Part shown: in pieces, positions 55,761 to 64,000 of the stretch | Layout: each line of letters starts with the position of its first letter | Numbering within the stretch: the stretch's first letter is position 1 | NCBI GenBank assembly: GCA_938005675.1 | Contig: CALKXH010000105.1 | Span: forward strand, 5,714-69,713 | DNA length: 64,000 nucleotides | Direction of reading: 5' to 3' | DNA from: an uncultured Anaerolineae bacterium | GTDB lineage: Bacteria; Chloroflexota; Anaerolineae; Aggregatilineales; UBA2796 | The notes under the pieces: model-generated | Told to the model about the DNA's origin: nothing | Database searches by the model: none | The model's input: the letters and a program-made list of their open reading frames with translations, nothing else | Made by a program: the position numbers and the translations under genes

Positions 55761-56780
55761 TCAGTACTCCAGATGGTCGGTGCGCTCGATGCGCTTGCGG
55801 AAGACCCAGTAGCTCCACGCCTGATAGCCCAGCACAACCGGCACCAGCAAGATCGCCACAATGCTCATGATCGTCAGCGTGTACTCGCTGGCGGAGGCGT
55901 TGTAGATGGTCAGGCTGAACTCAGGGGCGAGGCTGGATGGCAACACGCGCGGATACAAACCGCTGAAGACCGTCACCACCGAGAGCGCGATGGCGACCAT
56001 CGAGGCGATGAACGCCCAGCCCATCTGCTTCTCGCGGATGAAGTAGCCAATCGAGAGCATCGAAAGCACAGCTACAATCGGCGGGATGCCCGGATTGACG
56101 CCCAAGCGCGTGAAGATATCCGTGCTGGCGTAGCTCCACACGATGAAGAGCGCGATCACGATGATGGCGGGCAGCCACAAGCGCTTCGCCGTCGCCATCG
56201 CCCGCTCCGAGACCTCGCCGCCGGACTTCAAGTTCAGGAAGATCGCGCCGTGCAGCGTGAAGATCAGCAAACTCGCCAAGCCTGCCACCAGCGAGTACGG
56301 GCTGACCAGATCGAAGAACGTGCCCGTGAACATCATGCTGCCGTCAATCGGCACGCCCCGCGCGATGTTGCTGAGCGCCACGCCCCACAAAATCGCCGGG
56401 ATCAAGCTGCCGAAGAAGATCGCCCCGTCCCAGATCGCCCGCCACTTCGGACTCTCGACCTTGCTGCGGAACTCGAACGCCACGCCGCGCACGATCAGCG
56501 CCGCCAACATCACCACCAGCGCGAGGTAGAAGCCGCTGAACATCGTGGCGTACCACTGCGGGAAGGCTGCGAAGATCGCGCCGCCCGCCGTGAGCATCCA
56601 CACCTCGTTGCCGTCCCAGTGCGGACCAATCGTGTTGATGATCACGCGCCGCTCGCGGTCATCGCGCCCTAAGAAGGGCAGCAGGATGCCCACGCCGTAG
56701 TCAAACCCCTCCAAGACGAAGAACCCGACGAATAAGACTGCGATCAGCACGAACCACAGGCTGTTGAGATCGAAGTTCAT
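55761..56780 (-). CDS. cydB: Cytochrome bd ubiquinol oxidase subunit II
   Basis: LEGFDYGVG, IGPHWDGNEVW..GGAIFAAFP, RGVAFEFR, SLTIYNAS.S.YTL, YQAWSYWVF. Confidence 0.97.
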   Translation of the reverse strand: MNFDLNSLWFVLIAVLFVGFFVLEGFDYGVGILLPFLGRDDRERRVIINTIGPHWDGNEVWMLTAGGAIFAAFPQWYATMFSGFYLALVVMLAALIVRGVAFEFRSKVESPKWRAIWDGAIFFGSLIPAILWGVALSNIARGVPIDGSMMFTGTFFDLVSPYSLVAGLASLLIFTLHGAIFLNLKSGGEVSERAMATAKRLWLPAIIVIALFIVWSYASTDIFTRLGVNPGIPPIVAVLSMLSIGYFIREKQMGWAFIASMVAIALSVVTVFSGLYPRVLPSSLAPEFSLTIYNASASEYTLTIMSIVAILLVPVVLGYQAWSYWVFRKRIERTDHLEY

Positions 56781-56792
56781 GATGCACCTTCC

Positions 56793-58211
56793 CTAGAAAC
56801 TCACCGCGACTTCAGCACCGCTGTTCGGCTCAGGCAGCACGCCGCTCTCCACCTGAGTCTCGTCTTTAGCGTACTTGTTCAGCAGGAAGATATCGACCGC
56901 CATCAGCACGCCGTAGATGACCGTGAATAGCACCAGCGAGAGCAAGACCATCCCCGCCGTCACGTTCGGCGAGACCGCCTCCGCCGTCTGCTGCAAGCCG
57001 AAGACGATCCACGGCTGCCGCCCGACCTCAGTCATCAGCCAGCCGGCGGTATTCGCCGCATACGGCGCCACGATCATGTACGGCAGGATGCGCAACAGCC
57101 AGCGAGTCTGCTCTAGGCGGCGCTGCATCACGCGGAAGAGCGTGAACCACGAGACCGCGATCATCAAAAAGCCCAGCCCGACCATCGTGCGGAACGTCCA
57201 GTAGGTGAAGGCGACCGGCGGCACGTAATCGCCCGGACCGTATTTCTCCTCGTATTCGCGCTGCAGATCGTTGATGCCCTTCACCTCGCCCGTCGGCGTG
57301 TTGTAGGCGAGGACGCTCAGCAGCGCCGGGATGCGAATGGCGAACACATCGCGCCGACCTGGCTCATCGCCGATGGTGAAGAGCGAGAAGGCGGCGGGGT
57401 CTTCGCTGTTCCAGAGCGCCTCGGCGGCTGCCATCTTCATCGGCTGGCTCTTGACCATGTGTTGCGCCTGCGTATGCCCGTTGATCGCCATCATCAGGCT
57501 CGCCACCGCCGCCACCACCACGCCGATGTGCATTGAGCGCATGAAGAACTCATGATTCTTGCTGCGCCGCCACAAATGCCACGCGCTCACGCCGATGATG
57601 AAGAAGCCCGCCGTCACCAGACCGCTGAAGAAGACGTGCGGGAACTGCACGCGCAGATTCGGGTTGGTGATCAGCGCGAAGAAATCGGTCATCACGGCGC
57701 GCTGTACCGTGCTGCCATCCGGCAGCGTGACGGTCTTGATCGCGTAGCCGACCGGCTCTTGCATGAACGAGTTGGCGATCAAAATCCACAGCGCCGAGAG
57801 GTTCGAGGCGATCGCGACCAGCCAGATCGAGGCGAGATGCACGCCTTTACGCAGCCGATCCCAGCCGAAAATCCACACGCCCAAGAACGTCGACTCGATG
57901 AAGAACGCCAAGAGCGCCTCCACCGCCAGCGGCGCGCCAAAGATATCGCCGGTGAAACGCGCGTACTCCGACCAGTTCATGCCGAACTGGAATTCCTGCA
58001 CGATGCCCGTCACCACGCCCAGCGCGAAGTTGATGATGAACAGCTTGCCCCAGAACTTCGCCATGCGCTTGTAGAGCTCGTTGCCGGTGCGGAAGTAGAT
58101 CGTCTGGATGACCGCGACGAGGATCGAAAGCCCGATGGTCAGCGGCACGAAGAAGAAGTGATAGACGGTTGTGACGGCGAATTGCAGCCGTGCCAACGAT
58201 AAGGCATCCAC
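56793..58211 (-). CDS. cydA: Cytochrome bd ubiquinol oxidase subunit I
   Basis: LARLQFA...YHFFF, FALGVVTG..QEFQFG.NW, WILIANSFMQ.P, QPMKMAAAE, GWLMTEVGRQPW. Confidence 0.97.
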   Translation of the reverse strand: MDALSLARLQFAVTTVYHFFFVPLTIGLSILVAVIQTIYFRTGNELYKRMAKFWGKLFIINFALGVVTGIVQEFQFGMNWSEYARFTGDIFGAPLAVEALLAFFIESTFLGVWIFGWDRLRKGVHLASIWLVAIASNLSALWILIANSFMQEPVGYAIKTVTLPDGSTVQRAVMTDFFALITNPNLRVQFPHVFFSGLVTAGFFIIGVSAWHLWRRSKNHEFFMRSMHIGVVVAAVASLMMAINGHTQAQHMVKSQPMKMAAAEALWNSEDPAAFSLFTIGDEPGRRDVFAIRIPALLSVLAYNTPTGEVKGINDLQREYEEKYGPGDYVPPVAFTYWTFRTMVGLGFLMIAVSWFTLFRVMQRRLEQTRWLLRILPYMIVAPYAANTAGWLMTEVGRQPWIVFGLQQTAEAVSPNVTAGMVLLSLVLFTVIYGVLMAVDIFLLNKYAKDETQVESGVLPEPNSGAEVAVSF

Positions 58212-58294
58212 GATGCTTGACCTCCTTCAAACATCCCAGTTCCTATAACTTGGGGTTATGCCTAAAGGATAGTCTTGCAGCGCGCCTTTATCAC

Positions 58295-58333
58295 GTGATG
58301 CTCGTCAACATTTTCATGTGACAAATTGCACAA
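58295..58333 (-). promoter_or_regulatory. Candidate FNR-like and Rex/CRP-like boxes upstream of cydA
   Basis: Minus strand TTGAC-gagc-ATCAC (58308-58295) and TTGTGCAATTTGTCACAT (58333-58316; contains TGTGA-N6-GCACA on plus). Confidence 0.5.
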
Positions 58334-58345
58334 AATCGGCGACCC

Positions 58346-58966
58346 TCAGCGGCACGCCCGTTCGAGAGCGACCGAGCGTGGCATCCGACGGCTGAAGCCC
58401 TGCCAGAGCGGCTCGTCTTGCCGCGCGTTGGTGTTGAGGTTCAAGCTGATCACGTGCGCATGAGGCGAGAGCCGCCCATCAGGGCTCGGCTGCGCCATGA
58501 AGCGCGTCGTGCCGATGCGATAGAAAGCGGGCGAGCCGACTCGGCAGCGCCACGCCCAGTCGGGGATGCCCAACGCCGCGATCACCTCCCCGATGCGCAG
58601 CGCGCGCTCAGGCAGGTGTAGCCACAGCGCGCTGGCGACTATCGGCGCGTCCGGCGAGCCGCCCATGCCCACGCCGACCCCTTGCGGCGGCGCTTGGCGG
58701 TAGCCCCGCACCAGCCACGCGCCGTTCCTCAGCTGCTGCGGCGCTTCAACGTGCCACGCCGAGTCGGCTTGCAGCAGCGCCACGGCTTGGCGCACGGTCG
58801 TCTCGCCGACGCGAATGCCCTGCCAGCACTCAGGCAGGGCGCACTCAGCGCTGTAGAGGCTCTTCAGCCACGCGAGGGCGTCTGAGTCGGGCGCGCGCGC
58901 CCCAACGTGCCGCGCGGCGAGCATGGCGAGGCTCAGCGCGCCCACACACAGCCACAACCATCTCAT
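58346..58966 (-). CDS. Hypothetical exported/membrane-anchored protein, tandem paralogue B
   Basis: Start MRWLWLCVGAL (ATG 58966). Colinear with 59002-59631. Confidence 0.8.
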   Translation of the reverse strand: MRWLWLCVGALSLAMLAARHVGARAPDSDALAWLKSLYSAECALPECWQGIRVGETTVRQAVALLQADSAWHVEAPQQLRNGAWLVRGYRQAPPQGVGVGMGGSPDAPIVASALWLHLPERALRIGEVIAALGIPDWAWRCRVGSPAFYRIGTTRFMAQPSPDGRLSPHAHVISLNLNTNARQDEPLWQGFSRRMPRSVALERACR

Positions 58967-59001
58967 TTTGCGCACAGCGCACCTCCCTGAGGCGTCACGG
59001 G

Positions 59002-59631
59002 CTAATTGCAGAAGCGCTGCATAAACTCGGCGTGCTGAGGACGATAGCCGAAGCCCTCCCAGACTGGCTCGTAGCGGCGCGGATAGCGGCTCAGGTCGAT
59101 TTGAAGCATCGGCGCGTGGGGCGAGAGCCGCCCATCTGGGCGCGACTGCGCCATGAAGCGCATCGCCCCTATCCGATAGTAGGTCAGACCGTTGCTGCCG
59201 CACGACCACGCCCATTCCGGCGCGCCCAAAACGGCGATCACCTCGCCCATGCGCAGCGTATCTACAGGCAAGTATATCCACAGCCCGTTAGGGGCTATCG
59301 GCTCATCGGGCGAGCCGCTCACGCCCACCTCAACGCCCTGAGGCGGCGCTTGGCGGTAAGTGCGCATCACCCACGTCTTGTAGCTGCGGCTGGGCAGCAT
59401 GTCAACTTTGAGGTCGGGATCGGCTTGTAAGATCGTCGCCGCCTCGCGCACAGTCGTCTTGCCGATCTGGATGGCGTGCCAGCAGTCGGGCAGGGCGCAC
59501 TCCGCGCTGTAGAGGCTCTTCAGCCACGCGAGGGCGGCTGAATCCGGCGCGCGCAGCCCAACTTGGCGCGCTGCAAGCATAGCGAGGCTCAGCGCGCCCG
59601 CACAAACCAGTAGCCATTTCAACCGATGCAT
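59002..59631 (-). CDS. Hypothetical exported/membrane-anchored protein, tandem paralogue A
   Basis: Shares GALSLAMLAAR, LAWLKSLYSAECALP.CW, YRQAPPQGV, PDGRLSPHA with B. Confidence 0.8.
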   Translation of the reverse strand: MHRLKWLLVCAGALSLAMLAARQVGLRAPDSAALAWLKSLYSAECALPDCWHAIQIGKTTVREAATILQADPDLKVDMLPSRSYKTWVMRTYRQAPPQGVEVGVSGSPDEPIAPNGLWIYLPVDTLRMGEVIAVLGAPEWAWSCGSNGLTYYRIGAMRFMAQSRPDGRLSPHAPMLQIDLSRYPRRYEPVWEGFGYRPQHAEFMQRFCN

Positions 59632-59634
59632 CCT

Positions 59635-62115
59635 TCATTCCTCCCCAACCCGAAACAACCCGATGAAGACGCGCTGATCGGCGTCCGCCGACGCGCCGCG
59701 CGCCGCGTAGCGCCTGAGCGTGCGCGGATCGTACAAGCCGACCGCCGCGCGGTACGTCCCTGCGGGCAGAGCGGCGGGCAGCTGTAGCGCGTGGCGCTCG
59801 CGGTAGAGGCGCTCAGGCAGCCAGTTGGCGGGCGGCAAGGCTCCCCCGCCGACTCGCACATCGCGCTGCGCCGCCTCGATCAGCGCGCCCGCCTCGTCGT
59901 AGATGTGCATGAAAACGACCGCATCGAAGGGCGCCTCGCCGATCAGCGACCACATCAAGTCCAGAGTGAGCGTCCGCGCGGCTGAGTCGTAGAGCATCTC
60001 GGCGGCGTTCAGCGCGACTGAGTCGGCGAAAGTTGCCACTGCCTCGCCTTGCGAGCGCTCGCGCCGATACGCGCCTTGATAGAACCAGTGATAGTAGGGC
60101 AGATAGAAGCTGCCCTCATCAGCGCCTGCGACCTCGACGCGCAATTTGAGCGAGTCGCCCGCGATTCGCTCGCGCGGCACGAGCGAGGCGATCTCGACCC
60201 ACTTGCCCGCGATCTCAGGCACGATCCGCTCGCCGATCAGCTGACCGTCGGCGTACAGGCGCAGGCTGATCGGATATTGCGCCTGCACGCGCATGACCCA
60301 GAGCAAGTCGCGCCCTGCCTCCGCCCGTATCGTGAATGCCTCGCCGCCGGTCAGCAATCTACCGCCATCGGCAACGCGACAAGCGCTGTTTCGCTGGTCG
60401 GGCGGCGCGCAAGCCTGATAGGTCAGGGCGTGCAGCTCGCTGGGGAAGCCGTCGCGCCGCAGCGCCTGCCACCAGATATAGTCGTGCGCCCGCTCGCTCG
60501 CCAAGTGCGCCACGTTCAGACTATCCACCAAGTCGAAGCCCGCGATCTCGGCGAGGGTGCTGGGCTGCATCGGCTGGGCGGCGTAGACGGCGTACGTCCA
60601 ATCGGCGCGGTAGAGGAATTGTCCGCTGGCTGTGGCGGAGGCGACGTTGACGCGCGGCTGCGTGGAGGGAAAACTGCCCAGCACCTCGCCAAAGACGCCG
60701 CTCTGGACGAAGTAGGTCAAGCCGCGCGCATCGGGGTAGATGGCGAAGTGATCGGGTCGCCACGGGCTGGCGTAGAGCTGCTCGAAGACGGCGCCCGCGC
60801 CGTGCCGCCACGCCTCAGCCGCGGCGGGCGTGGTCAGCCCGACCACGTCGTAGGTGGTGCGCCCGCCCAGATAGCGCACCGCGCCGATATCGTGGGCGCC
60901 GACGAGAGACTCAGGCGGCAAGTCCGCCACAGCCCGCGCCAACGCCCGCTGACTGAGAGCGACCTCGCGCACATTCTCGTGGTAATGCGCCGACCAGTCG
61001 CCCACGCCCAGCGCGGTATAGAGCGCGCAAGCGCCGATCAGGGCGTGCGCCGCCCCGCGCCGCCGAAAGCTGAGCGCGCTGAGCGCGTAGCCGCTCAGCA
61101 GCACCAGCAGCGCGATGATCGGCTGCTGATAGCGCTTGAATTGCCAGAACGCCGTCTCGACGAGGGCGGTGATGGCGGAGAGTCCCAGCAGCCAGACGGC
61201 GATCAGGATCGGCAAGCTCACTTTGCGCCGTCGGATGAGCTGCCATGCGCCGAAGGCGAGCGGGACGAGGGCGAGGACGGCGAAAAAGGCGGTGTTGTAG
61301 ACGCCGAAGTCGGTGAATAGCTCGCGCCACAGCCGCCCGAAGGTCTCGCCGATGAGCCAAAGAGTTTGCTGCGCATCGCTCGGCACGTTGTAGAGGTAGC
61401 TCTTCGCCTGCATCCCGCTGCCGCTGGGAGAGCCCGTCAGGGCGAGGTTGAGCAGCGGCTGCGCAACGGACGCCACGAACGGCAGGGCGTAATACAGCCT
61501 GTTGACGCGCCGCGCCGCCAAGAGCAGATAGAGCGTCGCGCTCAGGGCGATCACGGCGCCTTCAGGACGGATCAGCGCCGTCAGAGCTGCCGCTGAGAGC
61601 GCCGCGCGGACGTTCGTGGCGCGGACGTGCCAGAGCGTCAGCAGAATCGCCCAGAGGAACAGCCCCGTCTCCATGCCGGAGACGAACGCCCAAGCCAGCG
61701 AGCCGTGCAAGATGAAAGTCGCCGCCACGCCCAGCGCCAGCGCCGTCGCGCCGCCGCTCTCAGCCGCGATCAGGCGGAAGAGCAGCCACGCCGCGCCCAG
61801 CCACGTCAAAACGCCCACGCCGAGCGCCCACCACGCCAACGCCTCGCCCGCGAAGCCGAGCCGATAGCCGAGCGCCAAGACGAACGGATAGAGCAAGCTG
61901 GTCGCGCCGCTGGTGGGCGGCTGATCGGGGTTGTAGCGGAAAGGATGCCCCTCGGCGAGGGCGCGGGCGTACTGAAAATGGATGTAGGCGTCGTCTAGAG
62001 GCAGGATCGGGGTCGGCAGCCCGGTGGCGCGCAGTCCGCCGCCGATGAACAAAGCGGCGAGCGCGCCGATCAGCAGACTCAGGAGGGCGAAAGGCAGCCA
62101 GCGGCGGCGCGTCAT
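59635..62115 (-). CDS. GT-C fold membrane glycosyltransferase-like protein with large soluble C-terminus
   Basis: LDDAYIHFQYARALAEG...TSGATSLLY, VSGMETGL, LIRPEG, DIGAVRY...YDVVGL. Confidence 0.75.
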   Translation of the reverse strand: MTRRRWLPFALLSLLIGALAALFIGGGLRATGLPTPILPLDDAYIHFQYARALAEGHPFRYNPDQPPTSGATSLLYPFVLALGYRLGFAGEALAWWALGVGVLTWLGAAWLLFRLIAAESGGATALALGVAATFILHGSLAWAFVSGMETGLFLWAILLTLWHVRATNVRAALSAAALTALIRPEGAVIALSATLYLLLAARRVNRLYYALPFVASVAQPLLNLALTGSPSGSGMQAKSYLYNVPSDAQQTLWLIGETFGRLWRELFTDFGVYNTAFFAVLALVPLAFGAWQLIRRRKVSLPILIAVWLLGLSAITALVETAFWQFKRYQQPIIALLVLLSGYALSALSFRRRGAAHALIGACALYTALGVGDWSAHYHENVREVALSQRALARAVADLPPESLVGAHDIGAVRYLGGRTTYDVVGLTTPAAAEAWRHGAGAVFEQLYASPWRPDHFAIYPDARGLTYFVQSGVFGEVLGSFPSTQPRVNVASATASGQFLYRADWTYAVYAAQPMQPSTLAEIAGFDLVDSLNVAHLASERAHDYIWWQALRRDGFPSELHALTYQACAPPDQRNSACRVADGGRLLTGGEAFTIRAEAGRDLLWVMRVQAQYPISLRLYADGQLIGERIVPEIAGKWVEIASLVPRERIAGDSLKLRVEVAGADEGSFYLPYYHWFYQGAYRRERSQGEAVATFADSVALNAAEMLYDSAARTLTLDLMWSLIGEAPFDAVVFMHIYDEAGALIEAAQRDVRVGGGALPPANWLPERLYRERHALQLPAALPAGTYRAAVGLYDPRTLRRYAARGASADADQRVFIGLFRVGEE

Positions 62116-62615
62116 GCCGTATCGTCGGGATAAACCTGCCAGCCCGCCTCAGGCGTGTCCATTTGGGCGAGCGTCTCAGGCGGGATGGCGACCAGCATCC
62201 CGTTCGCCTCGGCGGTGAGCGTGCCGTCGGGCAGGCTGATCGTCGCAGTGGAGAGGATGACCCGCCCGCGGTCGCGCTCGACCCGTCCACGAACGGTCAG
62301 CGGGGTGTGGAGGGGCGTCGGTTGGCGGAAGCGCACCTCGATGCGGGCAGTGTAGGTCAGGCGGCGGAAATCGCCGGCGAGGACGGCGCGCGTGAGCGCC
62401 TCGTCCAACACGGCGGTCACTACGCCGCCGTGTGCAATGCCGGGATAGCCTTGATGCAGGTCGCCCAGCACGACTTCGGCGCGGCAAGCGTGGTGACCGT
62501 CGTTATAAAAGCGCAGGCGCAAGCCGTGCGCGCTCTGAATGCCGCAGGCGAAGCAATGGCGCGAGTTCGGCTGGAGGGCGTCGGGCGCGGGGCGCTCAGG
62601 CAGGGCAGGACTCAT
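62112..62615 (-). CDS. PaaI family (hotdog fold) thioesterase
   Basis: CFACG..S.HGLRLRF, HQGYPGIAHGGVVTAVLDE, VRFRQPTP. Confidence 0.92.
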   Translation of the reverse strand: MSPALPERPAPDALQPNSRHCFACGIQSAHGLRLRFYNDGHHACRAEVVLGDLHQGYPGIAHGGVVTAVLDEALTRAVLAGDFRRLTYTARIEVRFRQPTPLHTPLTVRGRVERDRGRVILSTATISLPDGTLTAEANGMLVAIPPETLAQMDTPEAGWQVYPDDTA

Positions 62616-62631
62616 CGGGCGCGCTCCTCGA

Positions 62632-63639
62632 TCAGTGCGAATAGCCGTTGGCGAAGGTATCGATCATCAGTTTCACGTCCTCGCCGAGCGGATACAGCAC
62701 CGGGCAGGTGCAGCCATTGGCGACGTACTCGCGCACTTTGGCGCGCACCTCCTCAGGCGTGCCGCTGGCAGTGATCAGCTGCACCACGTCGTCTGGCACC
62801 AGCGCCATCGCTTGCTCGATCTGCTCTTCAGTGGCGGGCCACGTCAAAACTTGGGCGATCTCATCGAGCAGCTCCTGACTGACGCCGCTCGCCTTCATGA
62901 TGTGCGGCTGCTGACCGAGATACTGAGTCACTAGCTTGCGGGCGCCATCGAGCGCCTTTTTGCGATCCCGATCCACGCTGGCGACGATCAGCTGCGGGCG
63001 GTCGATATCCTCGATGCGCCGCCCGGCGACCTTAGCGCCCTTTTCGAGCGCTTCCATCGCCTCGGCGTTGTAGGCGGGCGAGACCAGATAGTTCAGCAGG
63101 GCGCCGTCGGCGATCTCGCCGGTCAGCGCCATCATCTTCAGCCCGGTCGCGCCGATGTAGATCGGGACGTGGCGCGGCTCGCGCCGCCCGTGCACGATGT
63201 CCAGCTCGATATCGGTGACGTGGACGAACTCGCCGTGAAAGGTCACGCGCTTCATCGCCAAGAGGTCGCGCACGACCGTCACGACCTCGCGCATGGCGAG
63301 CAGGGGCTTCTCGCGTCGGATGCCGACGTTCGCTGCCAGCGGATCCCACCACGCCCCGATGCCCAAGAGAATCCGATTCGGCGCCAGATCGTCGAGGGTG
63401 AGGAAGGTCGAGGCGATCAGGGCGGCGTTGCGCGTCCAGTTGTTGATCACGCCCGAGCCGACCTTGATGCGGCGCGTGGTGGCGGCGAAAGCTGCCATCG
63501 GCACGATGGCATCGCGCACGAGGCGGCTCTCCGCCTGCCAGACCGCCTCGAAGCCGTTGGCTTCGGCGTATTGCACGTAGTGGATCGCCTCTTGTAATGG
63601 ATGAGCATCTTGCAGGTATAGCGCGACTCGGTCGGGCAT
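62632..63639 (-). CDS. LLM class flavin-dependent oxidoreductase (Mer-like, possibly F420-dependent)
   Basis: [50 protein letters not shown]. Confidence 0.9.
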   Translation of the reverse strand: MPDRVALYLQDAHPLQEAIHYVQYAEANGFEAVWQAESRLVRDAIVPMAAFAATTRRIKVGSGVINNWTRNAALIASTFLTLDDLAPNRILLGIGAWWDPLAANVGIRREKPLLAMREVVTVVRDLLAMKRVTFHGEFVHVTDIELDIVHGRREPRHVPIYIGATGLKMMALTGEIADGALLNYLVSPAYNAEAMEALEKGAKVAGRRIEDIDRPQLIVASVDRDRKKALDGARKLVTQYLGQQPHIMKASGVSQELLDEIAQVLTWPATEEQIEQAMALVPDDVVQLITASGTPEEVRAKVREYVANGCTCPVLYPLGEDVKLMIDTFANGYSH

Positions 63640-63730
63640 CGCTCAAAACTCCTACGTGAGGGAAAATTTCGGGCTAGTATAGCGCAGCCGCTCGCAAATG
63701 GGCGAGTCGCACAGCGACTCGCCCGCGCGC

Positions 63731-64000
63731 CTAGCTGCTGTAGCCGTAGGTCAGCTCGCTGAGCCGATCAATCGCTCGCTGCAGCGAGGGGAAAATCTCG
63801 CGGTAGACCTCGCGGAAGAGCTTATCGTAAGTTTGATGGGTTTTCTCGTCGGGCAGGTAGGTGCGCTCAGTGCTGGTCATGGCGGCGGCGGCGGCACGGA
63901 CGCTCGGATACCAGCCGACGGCTGCCGCCGCCAAGATGCCCGCGCCTAGATTGGTCGCCTCGGCGGTGCTGGCGCGCTTGACGGTCTTGCCGTGAACATC
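63731..64000 (-). CDS. FGGY carbohydrate kinase C-terminus (partial, start outside the window)
   Basis: DVHGKTV...EATNLGAGILAAAAVGWYPSV..A..M....YLP...Y..LF, typical of the xylulokinase-family end. Confidence 0.85.
   Translation of the reverse strand, partial: DVHGKTVKRASTAEATNLGAGILAAAAVGWYPSVRAAAAAMTSTERTYLPDEKTHQTYDKLFREVYREIFPSLQRAIDRLSELTYGYSS

Overview
A GC-rich, gene-dense bacterial window. Gene content (DUF2298/Chlor_Arch_YYY glycosyltransferases, SH3/CARDB/PPC secreted proteins, STAS-like small proteins) suggests Chloroflexota, probably Anaerolineae-like; this is inference. I call 48 CDSs. They include: an orphan BMP binding protein; a solute-binding/VWA/PPC module divergent from a sigma-70 factor; a GT-C glycosylation operon with a Dam-family R-M pair inserted in it; the complex I membrane arm nuoJKLMN alone; M29 aminopeptidase; GH57; amidohydrolase; an HNH/multi-zinc-knuckle nuclease; trpA, a B12-binding subunit and meaB; zwf; a K+/H+ antiporter; ppc; a second, BstYI-like R-M pair; cydAB; two tandem paralogues; and a thioesterase, an LLM oxidoreductase and an FGGY kinase. 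I found no rRNA, tRNA, CRISPR array or transposase. Most notable: (1) NuoJ carries an approximately 200-aa DUF4397-like tandem insert in its outward loop, and NuoL, NuoM and NuoN also have enlarged loops; (2) the R-M pair sits seamlessly between two DUF2298 genes; (3) GH57 has Asn at the predicted catalytic acid/base Asp; (4) RGATCY, GGCC and CCWGG appear strongly avoided. All family assignments come from motif recognition by eye, with no database searches, and motif counts are manual and not exhaustive.
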